Assembly (NCBI GenBank): GCA_963750915.1
Contig: CAVVSF010000002.1
Span: 394,303-458,302, forward strand
Direction of reading: 5' to 3'
Source of the DNA: an uncultured Acidobacteriota bacterium
Lineage (GTDB): Bacteria; Acidobacteriota; Vicinamibacteria; Vicinamibacterales; 2-12-FULL-66-21
DNA length: 64,000 bases
In this document: piece after piece, positions 41,596-51,244 of the stretch
Layout of the letters: every line of letters starts with the position of its first letter
Numbering within the stretch: position 1 is the first letter of the stretch
Translations under genes and position numbers: made by a program
The notes under the pieces: model-generated
The model's database searches: none
Seen by the model: the letters and a program-made list of their open reading frames with translations, nothing else
Told to the model about the DNA's origin: nothing

Positions 41596-42795
41596 ATGTT
41601 CCGTACGTTTGCGAAGGTTTCCGGCCTCGGCGCCCAGGGGCTCTTCCAGTTCCACCCGGCGGATCTGATCGCGCTGCTCGAGCTCGCGTGGGACCACCGC
41701 GCCGAGGGCGTCGGGCTGCCGCTGGGCCATCCGCTCCACCGCAGCGATCTGACGCGGTTCGAGGACAGCTGGTTCGGCCGGCGCGCGTTGCAGCCGCCGG
41801 CGCCAGCGCCGCCGCCGACGCGGCCGCTGCAGCCCAATCTCAACCTGCTCATCAACGCGATTGGCGGCCCCCCCGACTTCCCGCCACGGCACCACGTGCT
41901 CTGGGATCACCTCGTCTACGCCTACATGGTGGAGAACACGAGGATCGTCGAGATCTTCCGCCGCGTCGTCCACGAGCTGACGCATGGCGAGAAGCTCGGG
42001 GCGCCGAGCGTCGCGACACTGCACTGGCTGCGCAACACCGAGGAGCTGTTCTACCGCGACGGTCCGTCGTATTTCGCGCCGTCGCTCCACAGCTCGGCGC
42101 GGCCCGACAGCGAGGCGATGCGGCGCGCGACCTACCACCGCTTGCTCGGCATGGACCTCAATCACGGGACCGCCGACAACAAGCCGTATCCGTTCACTCG
42201 CGCCGAAGCGGCGAACAAGGAGTTCGTCAGCACCTTCGAGGAACTGCTGCGCGAGGTGTGGATCGGGATCATCAACGCCGGCAACAGCAGCGGTATCAAG
42301 TCGACCGACGATGCGAAGCTGGCCGAGTTGACGCAGACGCTGCAGGAGATGCTGCTCGCCAGGCGGCTGCAGGGCAGCCTGTCGCGAGAGGAATATGCCT
42401 GCGTCTCGATGATGTCGTGGTTCCACATGACGGTCGAGACCGACACCCCGGTCGTCATCGACCTGCGTGCCCAGGCGACCAGCGCCGAGCAGCGCCTCTA
42501 CAAGATCGCGCAGCTCGTCGGCGTGCCGGCGCACGGCCTCGCCGGCAGCTACTTCGACATCGCGGACTCGATCTCGAAGGTGCTGCTCCTCGTCGAGACC
42601 GGCATCTTCACCCAGGTTCCCAAGGCGGTCACCGCCTTCTACACCCCCGCGTCGCCGCTCGAGACGGTGATGCGCACGATCATCACGCACTGGTCGGTGA
42701 TCACCGGCCGCGACATGAAGGCCGGCAAGATCGCGCCGGCCGACGCGCCGCGGCGGCCCGTGCTGGCGATGCCGGCGGCCGAACGCGTCGGCTGA
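41596..42795 (+). CDS. hypothetical protein (399 aa), no recognisable domain
   Basis: AGGAGG lies 6 nt before the ATG. Coding-like composition. Distinctive segments WDHLVYAYMVENTRIVEIFRRV and EFVSTFEELLREVWIGIINAG. No signal peptide. Confidence 0.7.
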   Translation: MFRTFAKVSGLGAQGLFQFHPADLIALLELAWDHRAEGVGLPLGHPLHRSDLTRFEDSWFGRRALQPPAPAPPPTRPLQPNLNLLINAIGGPPDFPPRHHVLWDHLVYAYMVENTRIVEIFRRVVHELTHGEKLGAPSVATLHWLRNTEELFYRDGPSYFAPSLHSSARPDSEAMRRATYHRLLGMDLNHGTADNKPYPFTRAEAANKEFVSTFEELLREVWIGIINAGNSSGIKSTDDAKLAELTQTLQEMLLARRLQGSLSREEYACVSMMSWFHMTVETDTPVVIDLRAQATSAEQRLYKIAQLVGVPAHGLAGSYFDIADSISKVLLLVETGIFTQVPKAVTAFYTPASPLETVMRTIITHWSVITGRDMKAGKIAPADAPRRPVLAMPAAERVG

Positions 42796-42855
42796 AGCCG
42801 GCCGAGCGAGTACCGAGCAGTCCAACTGCACTGAAGCCTGAAGCCCGAGGTGTGT

Positions 42856-45355
42856 ATGTCGACGGCCAGCGCGCGAGCGCCAATCGTGCCGGGCGCGGAT
42901 GCGCCCTATCTCCAGGGTGCCGACGCGCCCTTTCTGAACGTCCCCAGCTTCCGCCGCGAGGAGGGCGAGGCGCCGGCCGCAGCCCGACCGGCGCCGCCGT
43001 GGACGCCGTTCCTGTCGGTCTACGAATCGTCGAACGGCAATCACTACGAGGCCGAGCAGCCGCTCCGCGAGGAGTACGCGGCACTCGTGAACGACCTCTA
43101 CGACGAGGAGTTCGACGAGGCGCTGTTCGAGCTGCAGACCAGCGCCCGCGGCCTGCACCAGGACTACCTCGCTTCGGGCCACAGCACCGCCGCCGCCGAT
43201 CGCGTCATCACGCAGCACTTCGCGGAACTGATGCGCGAGTCGGAGGCGATGGTCGACGCCATGGCGCGGGAGCTTGGCGCCCGGCCGGGGGCTGTCGTCG
43301 AACAGGAGGTCGATCAGTTCGCCGAGGCCTACATGCCGTCGGGCTCGCTCGAGCCCGAGTTCCAGGACTTCCTCGGCAAGCTGGCGAAGAAGATCGGCCG
43401 AGGCGTCAAGGCCGTCGCGAAGAAGGCCGTCAAAACCGTGGCGACGCTCGGTCTGGCGCCGCTCCTGGCGAAGATCAAGGCCCTGGTGCGGCCGCTGCTC
43501 AACAATGTGCTGCAGAAGGCGATCGGCCGGCTGCCAGCGGAAATCCAGCCCGCGGCCAGGCGGCTGGCCGAGCGGCTCGGCTTCATCAAGCCGGCGCCGG
43601 CGACAGCGACGAACGCGGCCCAGTCCGCGACGCGGCGGCGACGCCGTGGCAGCGGCGGTGCAGGGAGCCGCGGATGCTGGCGAACCGGGTGCCGACGCGG
43701 GTTCGCCCGTGCAGGCGGCCGCCGGCGCGGACGCGTCGGAGATGCAGCTCGAGTTCGATCAGCTGGTCGCCGAGGCGATGCTCTCCGGCGACGAGGTCCA
43801 GATGGAGCTCGAGGTCGCCCGCCTCGCCTCATCGTCGACGGCCGCAGCGGCGCCGGTGTTCGGCGAGCTCGACGAGGCCCGGGCGCGGTTCGTCCAGGAG
43901 CTCGAAGGGCTGAAGGAGGGAGAGAGCGCGGCGCCGTACGTGGAGAACTTCCTGCCGGCGGTGCTGCCGGCGGTGCGGATCGCGATGCGGCTGATCGGTC
44001 GGCCGAAGATCGTCGGCTTCCTCGCCGGCATCCTCGGCAAGCTGATCTCGAACCTGGTCGGGCCGCAGCACGCGCCGGCGCTGTCGCGCGCCATCGTCGA
44101 CGCCGGGCTGAAGCTGGTCAGCCTCGAGGCGGAGGATCAGGAACACCCGCGCATTGCGGCCTCGGCGGTCGCGGCGACGGTTGAAGAAACCCTCGTCCGC
44201 GTGTCGTCGCTTCCGGATCATGTGCTCGACAACCAGGAGCTGCTCGAGGGTTTCGCGCTCGAGGCCTTCGAGCAGGCCGCGGCGGCCAACCTGCCGGCGC
44301 TGTTTCCCGACGCGACCTATCGCAAGCGTCCGGATCTGCTCGAAGGCGGCGTCAACGCCGCGTGGGTGATGCTGCCGGCGCGCCGGCCGCGCTACAAGCG
44401 GTGTTCGCGGACGTTCAACGTCACGATCACGCCGCAGATGGCGGAAGCGATCGAGAGCTTCGAAGGGGCGCCGCTCTCGGAGTACCTCCAGGATCAGCTG
44501 GGAATGACGGAAGGGGAGTCGGTCGAGGCCGAGGTGCACCTTTACGAGGTCGTGGCAGGGGGCACCGCGGCGGACATCGCGCGCAGCGAAGCGGAAACGC
44601 CCGGGCTCGGTTCTGCCGACGAAGTCGCGATCTCGCAGCTGCAGCCGCTGACGCACGAAGCGGCCGCGGTCCTGCTCGGACGTCCCGGTCTCGGCCGCAC
44701 GCTGCCTTCCGGCGCGCACGTGCGCCGGCTGGCGCCCGGCCAGCGCGTCTACCACATGGTGGTCGGCCGGCGGCCGCTGACCGTGCCCGGCCCGGGCGGC
44801 CGGCCGCGAGTGCGCCGGCTGGCGCGGCTCGACGTCGCCCTCGACAGTACCCGCGACGAGGCTCGCGTCCGCGTGTATTTCAGCGAAGTCAAGGCGCAGC
44901 GGCTGGCGGTGCGCCTTCGCCAGCAGTCGCATGCCGGCTCGCTCGCCGTCGCGTTCACCAGGATGCTCGCCCGGGCGCTGCCGCCGATTCTTCGCGGCAC
45001 GCGGCCGCGCCGGTTCCGCCTCGTGCACCAGGGCGTGGCGCCAGGCGATCGCGCGGCGCTGTCGCAACTGCCGGCCGCCGTGCCGCCGGTGTTCGTCACG
45101 AAGATGCAGGAGTGGCTCGTGGCGGCGTTCGCCGAGTTCGCCAAGGCCGGGGCGCAGACGTTCCTCGCCGCGGCCGAGGATCCGGCCGACGGCGTCTCGC
45201 TGATCTTCACCATCGCGCAGCCGCCGGGGCTGAAGGCGATCGCGCAGGCGATCGCGCAGAAGGGTGGCGCGCCAGCGGACGTGGCCGAGGCGATCGGCAA
45301 GGCCGCGGCGCCGGCGGTTCGCGTCGAGGCGTTCGCAGGGTTGAAACGTGACTGA
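42856..45355 (+). CDS. large hypothetical protein (about 830 aa) split by a +1 frame break near 43630-43642
   Basis: The N-terminal part is in the frame of ATG 42856 (through ...FIKPAPATATNAAQSAT). The rest is in the +1 frame (DAVAAAVQGAADAG... to GLKRD-stop at 45355). Each frame turns to Arg/Gly junk beyond the junction. Contains two Lys/Arg-rich amphipathic modules. Confidence 0.7.
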
Positions 45356-46607
45356 CCCGTTCGAGGCGATCCGGGCGCAGACCGAGCGCCAGGTGGCGCA
45401 CTGGTCGCTTGCCGCCGCGCGTCTGGCGCTCGACGACCTTGCCGCCCCGGAAGCGTGGAGCCGCCTCGAGCAGTACCTTGGCGTCGCGCTGCGGCGGCAC
45501 CTGCAAGGGGTCATCGATCGCGTCCGCGGCTCGGCGGACGTGCTCGTCACCCTGAATCGGACGGCCCGGACGCCGAGCGAGCTGGTCGAGCTGCGGCGGC
45601 GGCTGCTCGCGTTCCGGCGTCAGTTCCTCCGCGCGGAAACCACGCTCGACTACTTCGCGGACGCGATTGCGACGCGAACCAGTACCGACGGGGCGGCGCT
45701 GCTGCGCGCCTGCGATTCGCTCGCCTACCGCAGCATGGCCCAGATCCTCGATCCGATCGGCAAGCCGTCGCCGGCGGTTCTCACCTACATCGACAAGGGT
45801 CTCGGCGCGTCGATCCTGAAGGCCGGCCTGCGGCTCTGGGACGCGGGTGACCTGAGCCCGGTCGCCGCCGTGAAGATCACGCGGCACAACATCCTGCGGC
45901 CGACGGCGCTCATCCACGAGGCCGGCCACCAGGTGGCGCACATCGCCGGGTGGAACCAGGAACTGGCGGCCGCGCTCTCGCAAGGGCTGGCGGCGACGTC
46001 GAGCGAGCTGGCCGGGATGTGGGCGGGATGGGCGTCGGAGATCGCCGCCGACGCCGTCGCCTTCGTCCACACCGGCTTCGCCAGCGTCGCCGCGCTCCAC
46101 GACGTGCTCGCCGGCGAGACCTCGACGGTGTTCCGTCACACGCCAGGCGATCCACATCCGATCTGCTACCTGCGCGTGCTGCTCGGCGTCGAGATGTGCC
46201 GCCGCTTCTTCGGCAGCGGGCCCTGGGACGACCTCGCCCGTTCGTGGATGGTGCTGCACTCGCCGCGATCGGCGCCGCCCGGGCTGCGGCGTCTGCTCGA
46301 CGAATCGATGCCGGCGCTGAAGACGGTCGTCAGGATCACGCTCGAGACGCCGATGCAGGCGTTCCGCGGCGCGCCGCTGCGCGCGATCGTCATGCCGGAG
46401 CGGGTCAGCCCGGCGGCGCTCGGCGAGATGGCCGATCGCATCGGCCCGGCGCTCTTCACCTCGTCGCACTGGCTGTGGACCGAATCGCTGCGAATTCTCG
46501 CGCTGACCGGCTGGCAGCTCGCGACGCGGCCGCAGGATCTGCGGCAGATTCTCGCCGTCCAGGAGCAGGCCATGCTCCGCCTCGGCGGCGCGCGCCAGGC
46601 CGCGTGA
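45348..46607 (+). CDS. HExxH...ExxxD (gluzincin-like) putative metallopeptidase
   Basis: The GTG start overlaps the upstream stop (GTGACTGA). HEAGH starts at nt 45915 and EIAAD lies 36 residues downstream. No signal peptide. Family not recognised. Confidence 0.65.
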   Translation: MTDPFEAIRAQTERQVAHWSLAAARLALDDLAAPEAWSRLEQYLGVALRRHLQGVIDRVRGSADVLVTLNRTARTPSELVELRRRLLAFRRQFLRAETTLDYFADAIATRTSTDGAALLRACDSLAYRSMAQILDPIGKPSPAVLTYIDKGLGASILKAGLRLWDAGDLSPVAAVKITRHNILRPTALIHEAGHQVAHIAGWNQELAAALSQGLAATSSELAGMWAGWASEIAADAVAFVHTGFASVAALHDVLAGETSTVFRHTPGDPHPICYLRVLLGVEMCRRFFGSGPWDDLARSWMVLHSPRSAPPGLRRLLDESMPALKTVVRITLETPMQAFRGAPLRAIVMPERVSPAALGEMADRIGPALFTSSHWLWTESLRILALTGWQLATRPQDLRQILAVQEQAMLRLGGARQAA

Positions 46608-46643
46608 CCGTCGTCACAAGTCTTCCGACGAACAGGAACCAAG

Positions 46644-48129
46644 ATGCTGCGCACTGCATTTCTTCCGGCCAACGCTTTCGAGTCGCTCGAAACGCCGTTC
46701 CTCTCCGAGGCGATCGTCAGCCGCTCGCGCAATCCCGAGCCGCAGCCCGAAGGGGAAGGCGAAGCGCTCGAGGCCACAGAAACTGAAGAGGAAGGTGAAG
46801 CCGAGCGCCTGGCGGCCGCCGAGTCGTTTGCGATCGCCCCGGAGCCCTACGAGGAGGCGCTGGACTTCATCGAACGGCCGGAGAACGAGGTGGCGTCGTC
46901 GTTCGCGGCCGAGGCAGAAGCCTGGCCCGTCGATCGCGAGGCGGACCACGACGAAGCGCAGGTTCAGGACGAAGGGCGACAGGACGAATCGTTCGATGGC
47001 TGGGAGGCGGAAGCGGAGGCTCCAGACGTGACCGACGGGTTCGCGCCGGCCGACGTGTCGCACGAGCAGGACGCAACGGGCGCATGAGGCCGGAGGAGCC
47101 GGCGTCAGCGACGAGGCTGCCTGGGAGTCGTCGTCCTCGGAGGTCGACGTCGCGAGCGAAGACGAAGTCCTCGGCAATGAAGACCGCGTCGTGATCAAAG
47201 ACGCGCTGGTGGTACCGAACCGATGGATATGTGCCCTGGACATCTGGGAGGCGAACCCGAAGTTCGGTTCGGGGACGAGCCAACCGCGCGAGACCCTGAC
47301 CGCCAGAGGCACGGGCATCCTCATCGGTCCCCGGCATGTGCTGACGGCGCGGCACGTGATCGAGGGGTTCGTCGCCGGCGGGGCCGGCCGCATCAAGAAG
47401 ATCACTGTCAGCGCCGGCCGCAGCGAGACCAACTCGTCGAATCCCTTCGGGCAGCGCCACGTCCTGACCGCGCACCAGTCACGACCGTTCCTGGTGGACC
47501 CGCGCAATCCGAGGAGCCTGGTTCGCGAGGACTGCGCGTTGCTCGTACTCGACAAGGATCTGGCCGGAGCCACGCACAAGCGGCTCAGCGTGCCTCTCGG
47601 GTTCTGGGGCGAGAACCAGAAAGTGGCGGTCATCGCGGCACTCGGCGACAACGTGCTGCACGGCGCGGACGTCAACGTCACGGGCTATCCGGGCGATTCG
47701 TGCGGGACGACGCTGATGAAGAGCAGGTCCACGTCAATGGCCAAGCTCATTGAGAACTGCCGGGCGCGCCCTGCCGACGTATGGGCGTCGACGCAGTTCG
47801 GCGCCCCGGGGGTTCTCGACGCACGCAATCACCCGCGGGTGATGTTCCACACCGCCGACACATTCAAGGGGCAGAGCGGCGCGCCGATCTGCCTCTTGCG
47901 TGACCGCGTTCTGCACCTGGTGGGCATTCACATCGACGGCGACAACCCGCAGCGAAACCAGGGGCAGCGGCTGACGCGGCGGTTGCTCGACGAAATCGCG
48001 GCCTGGATCAACCTGGATCCGGCGATTGCGACGGCGACGGTTCAGAACGACACGCTGACCGTCAGGCGCGCGGTGCCGGCGCCGGCCAGGGCCTCAGAAA
48101 TGGAGCAGGGCGATGACCGCGAAATCTGA
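46644..48129 (+). CDS. acidic N-terminal region fused to a trypsin-like (S1, V8/Glu-endopeptidase-like) serine protease; +1 frame break within 47032-47087
   Basis: ORF 46644-47087 is extremely acidic. The protease frame is open from 47032, and its translation upstream of GTG 47191 continues the acidic theme (SDEAAWESSSSEVDVASEDEVLGNEDRV). There is no Shine-Dalgarno at 47191. Triad motifs LTARHVIEG, EDCALLVLD and GQSGAP. Confidence 0.7.
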
Positions 48130-51063
48130 ACCGCAGATCTTCGTCGTCGGTGCCGACTTGCGGCCGCTGGCGGATGGCCGCTTCGCGATGTCACCAGGGG
48201 ACGGTCGTCGAGAAGGGGTCGCTCGGCAAGGACGGGCGCGCCGCCGTCGCCCGGATCGATCTCAAGCGGCCGTTCGTCTTCGAGGTCGAGGATCGCGCCT
48301 GTGCGATCCGCTCGGGTGCGTTTCTCAACCCGGACGATCCACGCCTCGAATATGGAGGCACCTGGTTCGACTGGACGCTGGTGCGGGACGGCCAGAACCC
48401 CGACAAGCGCTTCTGGCCGTACTACCAGAAGGAAATGGATACCGAGCCGCGCGCCGGCGTCGACTGCTTCATGCAGCACGAGCACATCACGCGCCGGCCG
48501 ATCCAGCTGACGCAGCCGGTGCTGCTGCAGCACGGGAAGGTGATCATCCGCGCGACGCCGGTCCGGATCCGGGTCGGGCCGATGGTGCGCTACACGGATC
48601 ACGAGCGCGCCGTGATCTGGATGGAGACCGTGACGCCGGCGATGGTGCGCGTACGCCGCGTCAAGACCGGCGTCGCCGACGAGAAGAGCGGCTACGCGCG
48701 TCACCGTGCGTGTCGGCGGCCGCTACTTCGCCGCGGTCGAGCTCGAAGGTCTGAGTGAAGATACGTTCTACAACTACACCGTGGAACTCGCGCCGCTGCC
48801 GGCGGCGGCCATTCCGCAGACCGTGGCCGAGATCGAGAAGGTGTTTCCGCCGCTGACCGGGGCCGTCCGGTCGTCGATCGAGACGCAGTGCACGGGGGCG
48901 TCGCTGGCGTCGGGCCCGTGGCTGACGTTTCGCACGTTGCGCCGGCGATTCGACACGCAGATGCGGTTTGCCTTCGGCTCGTGCCGCTGGTTTCCAGGCG
49001 ACAAGAATCACGAGGGAAAGGACAAGGGGCCCGACATGCTCGAGGGCCTCGGCAACTGGCTGAAGAACACCCGCCGCGATCTCTGGCCGCGGTTCCTCTT
49101 CATGGGCGGCGACCAGATCTACTCGGACGAGATCGGTCTCGGGCACGGGAACAAGCTCGCGATCTCACGGTTCGCCGCGCGCGTGCCCGGCCCGCCCGAT
49201 CCGCGGGGCCTCCGCGACAAGCTCGTCGACGGGGCATGGGGCGGACGCTTCGCGCACCGGTTCCAGGCATTCAAGGTGCCCGATGCGAAGTGGGTGGGGC
49301 ACGTCAAGGACGGCATCCAGAAGCTCGACAAACTTCGCAAGGATCATCCGGATATCCAGGAGATCTACAAGAGCTATCCGGACGTCGATCGACGGAAGGC
49401 GCTCGAAACCCGGCACGCGACCTTGAAGACGCGGCGGAAGGACGTCCAGGGCGCGAAGATGAACGAGGCGGGAGACGAACGGCTGGCGCGCCTGGCAGTC
49501 AACGCGCTGTCCGCCGTCGAGACGTTCGAGCTCGCGTCCGAGCCGTTCCGGGCCGCGTGCGTCCACTGGGACGCCGCGGCGCAGGCGCCATGGCGCAATC
49601 CGATGTCGCTGGGTTTTCTTGCCCAGAACTTCGCGCTCTGGTCGATCCCCAACTTCGAGGCCGCGCTCCCGACGGTCCAGACGTCGCAGGGGTGGACCGT
49701 GGCGCGCGGCGCCGGCGGCCGGGCGCATCCGCCGGCGGAGCGCGGCCTGCACGCCGCCGACTTCGCCGAGTACGCCTACCTCTATCAGCGCGCCTGGACC
49801 AGCGCGCCGGCCGTCCGGTCGCTGCTCGCGCACCTGCCGACGTTCCTGATGTTCGACGACCACGAGGTCACCGACGACTGGAACTTCGACGCCGAGTGGG
49901 TGCGGATGCTGCACAACCCGAAGGACGAGCTCAAGATGTGGCCGAAGACGCTGACCGATGCGCTCGCGGCCTACTGGGTCTATCAGGGGTGGGGCAACAA
50001 GGCGCCGTCGCAATGGCCGGCCGCCGACCCGCGTGCCGCGGCGCTCAACGAGGCGCGGAAGAACGGCACTGACGCGCTGCCGCAGCTGCGGCGCGTGATC
50101 TACAGCGCCTGCTGGAGCCAGGTGCCGGCGAAGAATGCGCCGTCGTTTCAAGCCGGGCTCGGCCTCGACTGGCACTACCGCCTGCCGTTCGACCCGCCCT
50201 TCCTCGTTCCGGACTGCCGCACGCGCCGGCTCATGGTCGCGGCCGATGACGGCCTGCGCGTGATCGATCAGGACGACGCGAAGAAGGCGCCGATGTCGCA
50301 GACCATCGACGAGCGGCAGCTCGCCTGGATGCGCAGCATCCTCGTCGATCAGTGGCGCGGCGGCCGGGTGGCGTTCCTCGCCCCGTCGACGCCGCTGCTG
50401 CTGAAGAAGAAGTTCATGACCTTCATGCGCGAGCCGGAAGTCGCGGCCGGCATCTGGGCCCGCGGCGCCGACATCGCCGGCATCGTCTCGGTCGTGCTCG
50501 ATTCGAAGTTCTGGGGTGTCGCCACCAACGCGATGCTGCGTATCTTCAGGCGCGGCCAGGATCTCGAGCACATGATCCGTGACCGGAGCTGGCGGGACCT
50601 GTGGTCGCTGATCGAGGACATGCGCAAGAAGGGGAGCGCCGTCCAGTCGCTGGTGCTCGTCTCCGGCGACGTGCATCACAGCTATTGCATGACTGCGAAC
50701 CCGTCACGGACCGGCCGGGCGCGTCCCGAGGTCGTCCAGCTGACCTGTTCCGGCTTCCAGACCACAATCCGCGGCGACAAGAAGTCCTGGCTGGCGGAGC
50801 AGCTCTCGAGCCTGCCCTTCGACGTCGGCGCGCGGCGGATGGTGCCGGGCTTCACGATGAAGGACGGAAAGGGGCGACCCGACCTCGTGCTGTTCGAGAA
50901 CGCGGCGGCGATCGTCGACGTCTCGATGGGACTCGAGACAGACATCGTGCTCACGTATCTCACGCGCGACAAGGAATTCAAGAAACAGGTTCAGCATGTA
51001 TACCGATACACTTCCGCGCCCCGCTATCTCAAGAGCAACGGCGAAACAGCCGTTGCGCTGTAG
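48113..51063 (+). CDS. PhoD-like metallophosphoesterase with N-terminal extension; two +1 frame breaks (about 48197-48200 and about 48694-48702)
   Basis: Three consecutive frames join sensibly: MTAKSEPQIFVVGADLRPLADGRFAMSPG / TVVEKGSLGKDGRAAVARIDL...VRYTDHERAVIWMETV...EKSGYA / RVTVRVGGRYFAAVELEGLSEDTFYNYTV.... Metallophosphatase motifs GGDQIYSDE, FDDHEVTDDW and SGDVHHSY. No TAT or Sec leader. Confidence 0.75.
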
Positions 51064-51223
51064 GCCGACCGGACGCGGGTCGCTCGACGGCGCCGTGCGC
51101 GGCAGCGGCACAGTGTACGGAATGGATGAGATGGGCCGGGCGCTGCAATACTCGACCGTCGCTTCCGCGTTCGCGAGGGTCTACAATCTCGACGTTCGTC
51201 CTGGCGCCGCTTGGCGTTTACCT

Positions 51224-51238
51224 CAGTGTCGGACACTG
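51224..51238. promoter_or_regulatory. perfect 7-bp inverted repeat immediately upstream of the ECF sigma start codon
   Basis: CAGTGTC-G-GACACTG ends 6 nt before the ATG at 51245. It may be an operator or a hairpin occluding the ribosome site. Confidence 0.4.
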
Positions 51239-51244
51239 TTGAAC

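Noticed and set aside
43630-48702. Programmed +1 ribosomal frameshifting as the explanation for the four frame breaks in the cluster.
   Set aside because: Identical-looking +1 breaks occur in unrelated housekeeping genes elsewhere in the window (kinase, M28, VIT, methyltransferase). They sit in homopolymers or CG repeats without recognisable shifty-stop motifs. Sequence error or decay is more parsimonious.
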